A DNA stretch of 63,787 bases, filler included, from Octopus bimaculoides (lineage: Eukaryota), in NCBI RefSeq assembly GCF_001194135.2. It is 5 parts of 5 records of this genome, joined end to end, with 100 filler letters (N's around TTAATTAATTAA, not from the genome) between each part and the next. Parts side by side here need not be neighbours in the genome. Positions count along the whole stretch, not along the records: positions 1 to 24,612 come from NC_068990.1; 4 more parts are not named here. The stretch is one strand, 5' to 3'. The translations under genes were made by a program, and so were the position numbers. Numbering within the stretch: the first letter of the stretch is position 1; each line of letters begins with the position of its first letter. The notes beneath the pieces are model-generated. The model was given only the letters and a program-made list of their open reading frames with translations. It did not search any database and was not told where the DNA came from. This document shows positions 1-13,407 of this stretch, piece by piece.

Positions 1-223
1 CCATATCCTACGTAAAATACTGTCTATGTGATCTCAAATTTTAAAGCAAACACATAATTTTCTTATGGTTTCTTAAACATTCACTTGAACAAAACTGTAC
101 AAATCCAAATATATGGTACCCTAGGCATAACACCTACATGAACTTCTAACTTGTTGTCTCTTGAGGTCTCTGGGTGAGACTTGGATCCAACTTGTACAAA
201 TGCAAAACAAAAGTCAAACATAA

Positions 224-291
<68 letters not shown>

Positions 292-303
292 TGATAATAA
301 TAA
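224..303. repeat. (ATA)n microsatellite
   Basis: Directly visible. Confidence 0.97.
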
Positions 304-576
304 ACTGAAAGGAGCCAATCGTGTAGGCATGTGTGCGTTTGTTAGTGCGTGCGGATGTGTCTTTGTGTCTATGTTTGTTCAGCACCACCGTTTGACAACC
401 GGTGTTGGTGTGTTTACGTCCCAGTAAATTAATGGTTTGGCGAAAAGAAAGCCGATAAAATTAGTACCAGGATTTAAAACATATAAATATACTTGGGTCG
501 ATTCATTCGCCTAAAATTACTCAAGGCGGTACCCGTGCATGACCGCAGTCTAATGACTGAAACAAGTAACAGATAA
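303..576 (+). mobile_element. SINE family A, body and 3' tail (head missing)
   Basis: Matches the reverse complement of the complete copy at 28100-28508 (aactgaaag...ttgacaaccg...tgtgtttacgtccc...gactgaaacaagta). Confidence 0.85.
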
Positions 577-930
577 ATGATATAGAGATCAAGAGAGTTT
601 ACTAGAATTGGAGAATTGTAAACAGAAACAAATTTCCTTAGCAAAATATACGTTTGGGAATGATTATAAGAAACTGATGCATGGCAATAAAAAGATAAAC
701 CACAGGACGTAAGACGCAGAGAGAGAGAGCATACAGAAAATACCACGCCACTGCATTATTCAACTGTTACGAAGAATACACTTGATACATTTGTGAAGCT
801 CCTAATGAAAACAAATTGTTACACGTATTTAAAGTACATCCACATGCAGAAACTTTTGCAATAAAATTTACTCGTTAAATATAATGTCGGTATTAAATTG
901 ATATGAATATTTTCACATATAAAAGTAACT

Positions 931-1135
931 GAGCCGGCGAGCTGACAGAATCATTAGCGTTCTGACGAAAATTCTTATCAGCGTTTCGTTTGTCTTTGCT
1001 ATATGAGATCAAACACCGTCGGCTTCGATTTTTTTTCTTTCTTTTTTTTTTTGATTTTTTAATTTTTATCCTTTCGGTGTTGACAATATAATACTAGTCA
1101 AGTACTGGGGTTGATATAATCGACTTACTCCCCAC
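931..1135 (+). mobile_element. SINE family B, degenerate copy
   Basis: Head gccggcgagctgacagaatcattagc and core atcctttcggtgttgac...tactggggttgatataatcgact resemble the copy at 54200. Confidence 0.75.
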
Positions 1136-1267
1136 CCCGCCGCCTTTCGATCAAAGACGGCTAGCCCTGTGCCACACTTTTAGCACAGTTCTCAATCTTT
1201 CTTCTTGTAGTTCTCACTCTTTCTTGGCAGCAACACCCTGTCTTGACCTGGGTACTCAGAGAAAGAA

Positions 1268-1390
1268 GACCATATTTTGCAAGACACTAATGGAGAAGCA
1301 ATGATGAGATATCCAGTGATCTCCTTCTATAGAAACTCACGCATCGACGTACAGCTAGCAGACCAAGAAGTACATATATCGATCAACTGA
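1268..1390 (+). mobile_element. RTE-like LINE ORF2 C-terminal fragment (decayed)
   Basis: Translates as RPYFARH*WRSNDEISSDLLL*KLTHRRTASRPRSTYIDQL, resembling the RTE-type C-terminal FAGHCWRS...GRPxxTYIDQL pattern. Confidence 0.6.
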
Positions 1391-1482
1391 ATATCAGGTT
1401 CAGGATACGAATTCTGCTATGTAAGATCGCGACATCTGACGTGGAAGAGTTGCGTTGGTTCGGGCAAGTTACACAAACGAAT

Positions 1483-1485
1483 ATG

Positions 1486-1568
<83 letters not shown>
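1483..1568. repeat. (TG)n microsatellite
   Basis: Directly visible. Confidence 0.97.
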
Positions 1569-1570
<2 letters not shown>

Positions 1571-2966
1571 TCTGTCATACTCTTGGATTGGGTGAAATTT
1601 GGTAAAGGAAAATTTTAGGAAACACGTTACTTTAACTATATTTGCTCCTATGTTTTAGACTTTAAAAATATCCCGCTTTATCGAGGTTCTTAGGTGCACT
1701 TAGCACAACATACTCTAATACAGACTTTCTGCCCAGAACTACGGTTCTCTAATCACTCTCTTGCTACCACAAACCACATGTGCCCTACGAAGAGTTTTGC
1801 TATAAGAAGACGTCAACTTAGTATAAGTATATTTAAGCTTATAAACCTTAGAAGTTTCATCAGCATTATAACTTTCTTCGATGGAATTTATCTACTGGAG
1901 GCTTTACGATTCCATATTGCATGTCTTCAGAATACTCGTTAATTCTATAATATATCAGCTGCCCGTTCAGAGGAAGTTTGGTTATGTCTACATGTGATCC
2001 TTTTTGTTCTACTTGATAAGCGAAGCTACATGAAAGTAATTCTGATGACTTTGGTTGATTGTATTGTGATTTTACAAAATTTGCGATTTCTCACTAGTAT
2101 AGTCATTTTAAAAAACATATTTGTGCAATATGTTATTTCCTAATCACGATATGTTCTAAATAAATCAAAATGAAAAATAAAAGTTGGCCGAAACCGGATC
2201 AGATTAAAGCTATTAAAACGAACCCAATTTACATCAAACCGGTTCACATCGGTAGCAATAAAATAAAATAGAAAATTGTTCATATCGGTTTAAACAAAAC
2301 GCAACAAGATTAAATATAATCAGATGTCGATAACGACTGGTGTGTAATGCTAAAACAAAATATATCAAACAATCTAGAGAAAACTTTCCACATATAAATT
2401 AGAACCGTTCTAATAGGATGAAACATACTTCTGCTGGTTAAATGGTTCCCGAAAATTCCGTGAGTATTGAAACCAGTTTAGACCAATAAATTGATTAAAA
2501 ATCTAAGTATGTTTGTGAAAATATCATGCATACCATAATGAATGTTTTTACATGTCTCTGGGATAGAGTGGCGATTATTCCTTCATTTCTTTAGGTTGCC
2601 GTTGCCATCACTTTGTCTTGGCTAAGCTCTAATTGAGAAGATCACAATTCAAGAGTTCCTACAGAAATGATACGGTCTTGTGTTTAGACATAGTCAATCT
2701 AGCACTACATTATGGAATGTCTGATCTGTTTCATTTGTTTTGTGGGGTTGTGACTGCTATATCTAGCAGGTTGAGAGACTGAGAACAAGTTTTTTTTTCT
2801 TCGTTTGCTTATTGGCTGGTTGACTTAGTACAGTATTCATATACGACACAGAAAGGTTGAACACACGAGGAGTTAATAATCAAGCCAAACCGAAACCAAA
2901 CTAAACCAGGCCGAACCAGATCTGACCGATCAAAAGGACATAAAAATTAAATGAACATAGCAAACA

Positions 2967-3048
2967 ACTGAACGAAGTAAATTTAATGTTCACTGAACGA
3001 AGTAAATTTAATGTTCACTGAACGAAGTAAATTTAATGTTCACTGAAC
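2967..3048. repeat. 25-bp tandem repeat, 3 perfect copies plus a partial copy
   Basis: Unit actgaacgaagtaaatttaatgttc at 2967, 2992 and 3017. Confidence 0.95.
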
Positions 3049-3422
3049 AATCTGAACAGGCTTGTTACAATCTTTTTAAACCATTTAACATCGATGATCA
3101 TTGGTAATTGTTAAGTCTTAACCAGAAGAGGAAAGATAGCAAGCAACATCTCTTGCACAGTCTATAAAACTGATATCGTTAAGAGTAATATTCAGGGCGG
3201 AGACTAGTCCAAATGCGAGTAGATTCTGTTAAAAGATATTCAAGGGTTGCTAGATGTTGATGTTGCAAAACTGGGGAACAGATTAAGTTCCCAGCACGGT
3301 ACTAAAATAAAAGATAATTTACACCAGTTACCATCATTCTCTTCCTCCTCATCTCATCTTCAGCATAATATCCAACCGTTAACATTTCCATCACTGCCAC
3401 CACCTCCACCATCAATATTAAG

Positions 3423-3566
3423 GGGTGGTAAGAAGTTCACTTCTAAAACACATGATTCCGGGAACAGTTCCCCTGTGTGGCACCTTGAGCAAGTCTCTGC
3501 TACAGCCTCGGGCCGACAAAAGCCTTCCGGCTGGATTTGACAGATGGAAACTGAATGGAGCCCGCA

Positions 3567-3570
<4 letters not shown>
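3423..3570 (+). mobile_element. SINE family A head and core
   Basis: ggcaccttgagcaagtctctgctacagcctcgggccgacaaaagcc...ggaaactgaatggagccc, followed by (TA)n. Confidence 0.8.
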
Positions 3571-3598
<28 letters not shown>

Positions 3599-3599
3599 T

Positions 3600-3745
3600 C
3601 TCTTATTCTTTTATTTGTTTCAGTCATTTGACTGCGACTATGCTGGAGTACCACCTTAAAGAGGTTTACTCGAAAACAACGAGTAAAACTAGTATCGAAA
3701 AAGCCTAGTATTTATTCTATTGGTTTCTTTTGCCGAGCCGCATTA
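3600..3745 (-). mobile_element. SINE family A 3' tail, inverted relative to the adjacent head
   Basis: ttttatttgtttcagtcatttgactgcgactatgctggagtaccacctt...gcctagtatttattctatt. Confidence 0.8.
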
Positions 3746-3949
3746 TAGCTGGGATATTGTCTTGCACTAATTAAACAAACCTATGTTGAAATGCATTTCA
3801 GCCACCCACAACCTATTATCGCCATAATTGACATCATTTTCTATGAGGTAGAGTGAGATTTTGTTTACGATTAATTTGTGCTTATAACTTTTGCAGGCCA
3901 TCCGAGATCGGTCAGTTAACGTCATACTTAAAGTGTAGATATTAATTAT

Positions 3950-4492
3950 GAAGAATCCTTTTTCGGGGTCGATAAAGTATGTACCCTTTGAGTACTGGAC
4001 TCGATGTAATCGACTTAGCCTTTATTGGAAAATTGCTGGCCTTGTGCCAAAATTTAAAAAGAATATTATTTGAATATCAATTTGGAGGCAGCGATCTGGC
4101 AGAAATCATTAGCACCCCGAGCGAATTGCATAGCGGCATTTCGTCGGTCTTCATGTCCTGAGTTCAAATGCTGCCGAAGTCGACTTTGCCTTTCATCCTT
4201 TTGGGATCGATAAAGTAAGTACCGGTTGAGTACTGGGGCCGATGTAATCGACTTACTCCTCCTCAAAAATTGCTGGCCTTGTGCTAAAATGTGAAACCAA
4301 TATCAATTTGAAGAATATTAATATGAATGCGGCGAGATGGCAGAATCCTAAGTTCAAACGCCGTCGAAATCGACTTTGCCTTTCATCCTTTTGGGGTCGA
4401 TAAAATAAGTACCAGTTGAGTGCTGGGTCGATATAATCGACATAACCGCTCCTCGAAATTGCTGGCCCTGTACCAAAATTTGAAATCAATAT
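3950..4492 (+). mobile_element. Three head-to-tail SINE family B copies (tail type B1)
   Basis: Repeated units (3950 partial, 4087, 4329), each with gtcgataaa..agtacc...tcgat.taatcgac...aaattgctggcc.tgt.c.aaaat. Confidence 0.88.
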
Positions 4493-5377
4493 TACTCTAA
4501 GGAATATTTGGATGCTATTTCTGACACACACGCACACACGCAGAGGGAGAGTGACCACGTAGAGGCTTCTTCAATGGCCCGTGTTGTGTTTTCGGATGCA
4601 GCGATTTGTGTCGTGAAGTGATATGGTGCGTTACGATTTAGTTGATCTCAGCATGGTCTGATAAGATAGTTGTGTGATGAGATGAAATGTGAAGTAGTAC
4701 ATAAAAAGCAAGAAGTCGTGTAGTGCGTTGTCATGTGTTGCGCTCTGATTTGATCAAGTGTGGAGTGATGTGATTAGTATAATATGGTCTTGTGTGGTGT
4801 GATGGGGGTAAGGTGTTAGTATGTTGCGAGTGTAGTTATAATGTGGTGTGAAACTAACAGCTCAATTTATATCTAGCTAAAATCAGAAGATATTTCTAAA
4901 CCAATTATATCCTTTGATCATTTCCTGAAAATTAAGCAAAATATAAAATGAAATGAAACGAAAAAATACAAAAATTTCTAAGATATAACAATTAAAATAT
5001 CGGTGTTACAAAGTATATCTAAATAAGAGCATATAAATTTACATTCATATATACTTGTATATACGTCATATATACTTGTCTGTACAGCAAAAGACATATC
5101 TGTATATAAATTATATATGTTCATTCATTCATACGCACATGCACATATGTATACACATATTTATATAAATGCATACGCATACATTTCTCTACATGCACAC
5201 ACATACATAAATATGAGCATATAAATCCCAATATATTTTCATTCATAGAAACATGTTTATGAAAGTACGAGCATTACACTCGCACGCACACACCTAGGAA
5301 CGATGAAGTGACTGAGGAACTCGACTGTCAACCAAAAGTTCTTGGTTTCAAATCTATGCGTGTATATAATCTTTTAT

Positions 5378-5698
5378 AATTTCACTTGTTTCAGTCATCT
5401 GAATGTGGTCATGATGAAAGATCATCTTAAAGTGATTTTGCTTAACAAATCACCCCCAGGACTTATTTGTTAAGATGAGTACTTATTCTGTCGGACATTT
5501 GGGCCGAACCGCTATGCTTCGAGGACGTAAACACACCAACAACGCCTGTCAAACGGTGATGGGGAGCACACACAGACACAAAGACACAAACAGACGAATA
5601 CATACATACACAACCACACACACACACATACACACACAAAGACACACACATATACTAGAATAAGTAAATGTTCTTGGTACAGTATTATATATACATAC

Positions 5699-5745
<47 letters not shown>

Positions 5746-5925
5746 CATTTATGTATGTATGTATGTATGTATGTATGTATGCGACAGGGTTTCTTTCAGT
5801 TTCCGTCTACCAGATCCACTCACAAGGCTTTGGTGAGCCCGAGACTATAGTAGAAGACACTTTCCGAAGGTGCCACGGCAGTGGGACTGAACCCCGAAGC
5901 ATGTGGTTATGAAACGAGCTTCTTT
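5378..5925 (-). mobile_element. SINE family A, near-complete, with expanded internal microsatellite
   Basis: Tail at 5378, core ctttcagtttccgtctaccagatccactcacaaggctttgg, head cagtgggactgaacccc...atgtggtt. Confidence 0.88.
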
Positions 5926-6069
5926 ATATCATAAATTGACCATGGAAGCCGTACATAGGTGGGACAAACAACGACAGACAAACATAGAGGGTGAAGAAGT
6001 TGCTTAATATGAATAAAAAGTTGCGAATGATGAAGTATAGAAGTCATGCTGTTAAAAGTTATTTATATA

Positions 6070-7700
6070 TTTTTTTTTATTTCAATTTAAACTTGGTGAT
6101 CATTGCAAATTTACAATGTGTTACTGAAGGAAAGGCATCCATCCGCCAGGTTCGAACCTCTACTTTTCCTTTTGGCTCCACTTACCTGGTTCCAGTCACT
6201 CGCAGCTTCTTTACGACTTGCTTCCATCTTTTCGCGAACATATAGTGTGACAGGTATCTCTTCTCCAGCCTGATCTTGCTATCGAGGTGGTAACTAAAGT
6301 TAACCAACCCCTTAGCCGGAGACGAAGCTACCTGTCACTATACCTCTTACACGCGTCTTCCATACTGTTTCTTTCAGTATGGCTACTACACAGAAAAACC
6401 AAGCCTTCATGTCCTTATTAAGGAAAGGAGGTGGCACAGTCTTGATAATATACTCAGCCGATAGCTGTACTCTTCCCATCGTTGACAACAGTTGCTCGAC
6501 AAACGCTGTCAGTACGGATAATTCCGGACACTCCATGTAGGTGTACAAGTCAGTTTCTCTGTCCCGCCTACACCTCGGGCATGTCGGTGAGACACCACTT
6601 CCGTGCCTTGACAGCTTGTCTCGAACAGGCAAAGCCGAACGGTAGCACTGCCAAGCCAGGGATTTCTGGTAATCATCCAGATACTCCGGCCTGAAAGTTC
6701 TCCTGAACAGGTCGATCAACTGATTTCCATAGAAGCCTAGGGCCTCCCCCAGGACATCGTCTGACATAAATTCCACTAACCTGCTATAGAAATCTGCAGT
6801 GGAATTCCTGTTGCCGGTATTGCCCGCCCGAGAGAGTAGCTGGAGTGTCTGATGGCACTCCAATTGTCAGTCCCCTAGCTAAGAACTTCGTTTGATCCAT
6901 GGACCAACGTTCATTAAGGACGTCAACTGTGGAAGGTAGAACCTTACGTGCGGTGACTACAACTGCTCCCCATCCAGGTAAAGACAGAGCGCCTCAATCT
7001 TAACGCGAATTTTCTTATCTTCAGCCAAGGTATCCCTAGCCCACCTTTTAGCGGCTTTTGGCAGCAGACGTAGCGCTTCACAAGTGACTTTCCTCCCTTC
7101 CACAAAAAGCGGGAAAGGATTATTTCCAACTTCTCCAGTCACAAATCGGAGCAAGACACAACGGTCAGGCGGTAGGTGATGACAGATGCTATAAACGTCT
7201 GCACCATCTCCGCCCTCTCTAGAAGGGTTATACCCGCCCAGATCAGATCTGGGTTAGGGCAGTCACTTTGCCAATGACCTCGCTTCAATTCTTCTCTATC
7301 TAGAGGTCTGGACCGAACCAGAGCCCCAGCAACTTAACCGGACCTTTCGTCCAACGCCCCACGACGTTATTGGACGACATCAACTTGCTCCTTCAGGTGC
7401 CGAGTTGCAAGCCAGCCGACTTGTCCTGGTTAACCTTTGCTCCTGCCACCGTCTCGTATCCTTTCATGGCATTTTCCACATAAGGAAGCTGCTCTTCTTC
7501 GGACACGATGATGGAGATGTCATCCACATACGAAGTAGCTCCTCTTCCACACCACAGATCATGCGGAACGCCCCCTAACGGTCCCAAGTTCCGCAGCAAT
7601 GGCACAAGAATCAATACATACAAATGCGGTGACAGGGGACATCCCTGATGTACTGAGCGTTCAATCTTTAACGGCTTTGAAAAAAAAAACCCAATGGGAT
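6070..7700 (-). mobile_element. L1/Tx1-clade non-LTR retrotransposon, 5'-truncated decayed ORF2 (RT and C-terminal Cys domain)
   Basis: RSVHQGCPLSP (~7625-7660), SYVDDISI (7519-7530), YETVAGAKVNQDKS, RFLWKGG...KGGLGIPWL, AWQCYRSALPVRDKL...CPRCRRDRET..YTYMECP; 3' AATAAA and A-run at ~6070-6085; several frameshifts and stops. Confidence 0.9.
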
Positions 7701-8638
7701 CTCCAGACTTTCTGTTTGTACAGCGGCGACTGCTGCAAGGCCTTTGGTGACTTGTTTTGGAGGCTGGTTAGCCTTCAAAGCATCACTCTCTTCGAGAGAG
7801 CATTTTCCTCTTATCATTTCCACCGACATTTCGATCGAGATATATTGATAAAAAGCACACAAAAAAACGTAGGTTTCCCTACACAGTTCCATTTTTTTTT
7901 TCTTTTAACAGGCAATAAGTTCAAATCCCACCCCTGTCANNNNNNNNNNTCTTTTAACAGGCAATAAGTTCAAATCCCACCCCTGTCAGTGGGAGGAGCG
8001 CAGCTCAATGAAGCCAAAAAAAAAAACGGCTGAAAAAGATATATAGGTTTCCGTTTTTTCTCTTTTTTTCCTGTTCAAAAATTACTTCCTCTCAAGAGGA
8101 ACAACAGTTCAAACTCCACCCCCGTTTGGGGGCGGGGTTCAGTTCAATAATGCCTATAAAGGCTAAATTATAAAAATGTACTCCGTTAAAAATCCACAAA
8201 TGAACAAATGCCAAATAGCCACAGAAATTTACTATTCCCCGGAATACCACGCAATAAAATAGTTCAACACAGCCTGCAAACAGGCAACAATTCAAAATAA
8301 CAGTTTACAACAATTAAGAGACTTTCAACAATAAAAACGATAACTCACGGTGCACAGAACAAAAATACGAACGACGTCGTCAAACCGCTTGTTATTCTTA
8401 TCGAGGAATATCTTACAACCACGTCTGTGCGTATCGAGAGAAATAACGCAGCTGAAGTCGATTGCAGAGGAAAGCGGTCAAAACATAGTTTTAATATTAC
8501 TATTGAAAATATACATTAATTCAAAAGAAGAAATTTAGCAGTCAGAATAAAATATATTCCTCATTTTCATTTTGCGGCTATATTTAAAGTGAACATCTTA
8601 GTGCTACAATTAATAATCTTATAGGCTAGTCGTATTCA

Positions 8639-8926
8639 CAGTGGTAGTCCACGGACCGGTGCCGGTCCGCGAGCCATCAGCTGCCGGAACGCAGCGAGTT
8701 TCCAGAAAAGAAAGCAACATTATAAAATGCTTATAAAATGCTCATGTAATATTATTTGTTTACAAAACTAAGATTCAAAAAATTGTCAACTTTTATTGTA
8801 TTGTCATCTTTCATTATATATATTTTTCCGGTATAAATTAATATTACTAAGAAATATTACCGGTCTCTGGCACATTGGGAAAAAAAAACTGGCGGTACGC
8901 CGCATCAGATAGTTTGAGAAGCACTA
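8639..8926. mobile_element. hAT/Charlie-like MITE remnant
   Basis: GC-rich subterminal motifs ggaccggtgccggtccgcg and ccggtctctggcac; right end gatagtttgagaagcact; AT-rich centre; left TIR incomplete. Confidence 0.55.
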
Positions 8927-9843
8927 TTGTAGGCTACATGTCACGCGACTTGAAGAATATTTATGTCGCCCAATCCCTGCACAGCTTTCCAATTTCATTC
9001 AACCACATTCAATCACTGAATATTAGTTCAAGAATGGGAAGTTTTGTGATAATTACATTATACTAATGAATTGTATTGCAATCAACTTTATTTGTTAAGT
9101 TAAATTTCTTAAATGTTTCTTATCATGAATTTATACAAAAAATAAATTTCCTAGAACTACTCTTAATTTGGCATTATGTATATGCACATTCGAGTGGATG
9201 TGGCTGTGTGCATAGACACACACACACACGCACACACACACACGCACACACACACACGCACACACACACATATGCTCATATATAAATTTACACATACATT
9301 CACTTAAACCTACGTATGCATAGACACATACCAACATACATACACACATACATCCCATACATACATGTCTGCAAGTGTGCATGTGTGTGTATATGTGTGT
9401 ATAAGTGTGTTTAAATGAATGTATATATATAAAGAATCTGTGTTAATATATATATATAATTCATATACATACATATGATATATATATATATATATATATA
9501 TAAACATTTATAAACATATATATATATATATATCAACATCCATACCTACGTACATACATTTATCCCTCATTTCAACTCACATACCTCTAGGAATATGTGT
9601 CTAAATAGGCGTATATGCCCGTTTTAAAAAAATGTATATGAACGAAGACTGTTTTCTGCATTTATGTGTCTGTATATGAGTGAGGTGTAAATGTTTTTAA
9701 GTTTGATTATGTATCCATCTATGGACATGTTATGCAGTGCATGTGGGAAATTCGATAAAGTAACGCTCACCCCCATCAGCATTACAACCACCACCTACAC
9801 CAACACCAACAGCAACAACGACAACTACAACAATATCACAAAT

Positions 9844-9877
<34 letters not shown>

Positions 9878-10202
9878 GCACATCGACATTACATAAAATC
9901 ATTCGGTTGCTTTGCATATAATCAAATAAACATGCAAATCTTTCTGGAGATATGTGTGAAAGTGTAGTTGATTTAATCCAAGGAAACATTTGTATGAAAT
10001 ATTCATTATATTTCAAATGAAAATTCATTTGCACTTCAAACTCTAAGAGTACGTATGCGAGCATATGCTTATATGCATTATATGTATATGCGAATGTATG
10101 AGTGTATATATATATAGATATATATGTATGCATGTGTATACACACATACATATACATATATACTTATATATATATGTATACCTGCATATATATACATATA
10201 TG

Positions 10203-10249
<47 letters not shown>

Positions 10250-10501
10250 GTGCGTGTGTATGCGTGCGGTTCTAGTTACATATGTGCATACGTGCTCGGT
10301 TGTGTATATTTATAAACTTATATAAATTCACATATATTTACTCATTTTTATAAGCATTATTATGAATAATTATGTATGTTTATGTATATACACACAATTA
10401 CACACACACACATATGCATATGTACATACACATGCGTATATAGCGAATGTATGTGTGTTCTTCAAAGACCTTCATTTTAACCGCGATAATTTTCCTTTCG
10501 T

Positions 10502-10654
10502 GAAGAAGAAGAAGAAGAAGAAGAAGAAGAAGAAGAAGAAGAAGAAGAAGAAGAAGAAGAAGAAGAAGAAGAAGAAGAAGAAGAAGAAGAAGAAGAAGAA
10601 GAAGAAGAACAAGAACAAGAACAAGAACAAGAAGAACAAGAAGAAGAAGAAGAA
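10502..10654. repeat. (GAA)n/(GAACAA)n microsatellite
   Basis: Directly visible. Confidence 0.97.
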
Positions 10655-11604
10655 GGGCAACAGTATGGGACGTTAGCTAGATCTTGTTATAAAGCTGTAT
10701 GGAGAGCCCCATGTAGGAAATATATGAAAATATGCTTAAATAAAAACTAAGATAAAAGAACATTTTTTTTGGTTAAAAAAAAAGCATTAATTTATACATG
10801 AAGTGGGTAAAGTAACTGATTTTGCTATAATAAATCAAGATTCTCTTTAATATGCATTGAAATAATCATACACCAATTAACTTTTTACTACCTCATACAT
10901 GTAAGATTGCTTTTAAAAAAGGTAACCAGAATTTTTGAAGAATATATTTCGCTGATTTTTGTCTTCGAACTTTGGTGGAGTTTGGGAATTGGACAAGAGT
11001 ACATTATAGATTTACGCTTGTGTACATATGTCAGGTTGTATGTATGTGTATGTGAATACGTATCGTATTCGTTTGTGTATTTATGTGGATGTCTTCGTGT
11101 GTGTAGTGTGTCTTCTGTTCAGTTGCAGTAATGCTTGGCCGAGAAAATTGTTTGATTGAAAGAGAAAACAACAATTTATTCTTTAGATCTAACCTTTAGT
11201 TCTTTTGCTTTATAAAATTATTCACTAAACTTACATATATATAGTTTATTACTCTAAAAAATAAAGTGCTTTTGCGTGTATACGTACATAAATACATACT
11301 TATCTACATGCGAGTGTGCATTGATAGATAGAGAGAGATAAATAGACAGACAGGCAGACAGACAGATCGACAGACTGATATATATNNNNNNNNNNNNNNN
11401 NNNNNNNNNNNNNNNNNNNNNNNNNNNNNNNNNNNNNNNNNNNNNNNNNNNNNNNNNNNNNNNNNNNNNNNNNNNNNNNNNNNNNNNNNNNNNNNNNNNN
11501 NNNNNNNNNNNNNNNNNNNNNNNNNNNNNNNNNNNNNNNNNNNNNNNNNNNNNNNNNNNNNNNNNNNNNNAGAGAGAGAGAGAGACAATAGACAAACAAG
11601 CTGG

Positions 11605-11684
<80 letters not shown>

Positions 11685-11989
11685 GTACAACGGTGTGTGT
11701 GTGTGTTTGTGTCTGTCATTATGCAATTATGAATGTTTAAGTTCGCTAGCATAGACACATAACATACACATGCATACACATTATGTATATGTGTATAAAA
11801 ATGTATATGTTCATGCACGCGTATATAGATCAATAAATAGATGAAATATATGCAAATACTTAACATATTTGTGGAGGCATACATACAAACATAAAACGAA
11901 ACCAACGAGTTAGCTTCTCATTCTCTCTACTTACAAGAAATAGCAGCCAAATTTGTTTGAAAGGGATGCATACATTACATAATCCTTTT

Positions 11990-12200
11990 TACTATAGGCA
12001 GAACGTATGAAATTTGCGGGGAGGAGGGTTAGTCGATAAGATCGACCCCAGCATTCAACTGGTACTTATTTCATCGATCCCCTTAAAGTATGAAAAACAA
12101 AGATGACCTCGATGAAATTTGTACTCAGAACATCATGACGGGTGAAATGCCGCTAAGCATTTCGCCCGGCGTTCTAACGATTCCGCCAGCTCGCCGCCTT
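11990..12200 (-). mobile_element. SINE family B
   Basis: Ends ctaacgattccgccagctcgccgcctt, the reverse complement of the family B head. Confidence 0.88.
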
Positions 12201-12322
12201 ACGCACATACATTACATAAGAAAGTGATAGACTCATTTAAATGACGAGAATTCTATGAGAGTTGAGCAGGGTTAAGCAATAGCACCGTTTTACGCGCACG
12301 TATGCATACAAGCACCCATGAC

Positions 12323-12398
<76 letters not shown>

Positions 12399-13407
12399 GG
12401 TTGGCTACATTTTCTTTATTTAGACAGAATATTTTTGTTTCATATTTTTTGTATTTCTATTTCTCATTTGAAGTTTATTTTTCTTTATTTCTTTTTACTT
12501 AGCTTCCCAAAAAACTATATCCCTCAGCCATTTTGCATAATTTTTTTTTTTTTTGTGTTTCAATTTTTTTTTTTATATAAATGTTGGTTAAGTAAGAAAA
12601 TAAGCAATAGCAAAAACTATTTAAGAGTCCTAAATAAGGATTTGTTCATTCCATTCCATTGATGTATTTATTATTCTATTGCCCATAAACACTCATACAC
12701 ATATATACACATATGCAAATACTCACACATACATGCATATTTGGTATGCATATAAACATGTGCGCGATTGTGTGAATGTATGTACGCACACACACACACA
12801 CACACACACACAAATGATACAAATGAACATACATTCAAATGGATACATAGCTCTGTGTGTGCGTGTGTGCGTGTGTCTGTGTGTTTGTACTTATATATGT
12901 GTGTATGTATGTATGTATGTATGCATGTATGTAAGTATGTTGGTATGCATCAATGTGTTCTTGTTTTGCTCTCGTTTGGGATCATTAGGACTGTATCTTT
13001 AATTCGTTAACTGTCTACGCTGTTCTGTATTTAGTACAGCATCGTAGTTGACTGGTTTGTGATTGGTTGTTTTCGATTAAACCAGATGGTGAGTGATCAT
13101 TTTGTCTCTCTTTATTCAAAATAGTCCTAGATGAGTATTTCGCATAACAATCTCAACCACTACAACCACACTCAGTTTCATGCAGAGCATACCACCCATT
13201 CTTTTATTTCATTTCCCACACACTACAGTGTCACTTGGGCACTTCGCACTTTATATTAAAAGAGGTTGTTAAGCATTTATTCCATTGTACACAGAGATAA
13301 AGAGTTAGTCGCTAACTTATCAGTAAAACAGTTAAATGCCCTGAAAGTCTTTAAAAATGTTACATCTCATACTTTCTGACGATCTCTGACAGGGAAAATA
13401 TTCATAT

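Noticed and set aside
2967-3048. CRISPR-like array
   Set aside because: Units are contiguous with no spacers, there are no cas genes, and the context is eukaryotic.
7903-7987. Direct repeats flanking small gaps (also 25921-26040 and 42393-42984)
   Set aside because: Identical sequence on both sides of an N run is typical of unmerged contig overlaps rather than real duplication.
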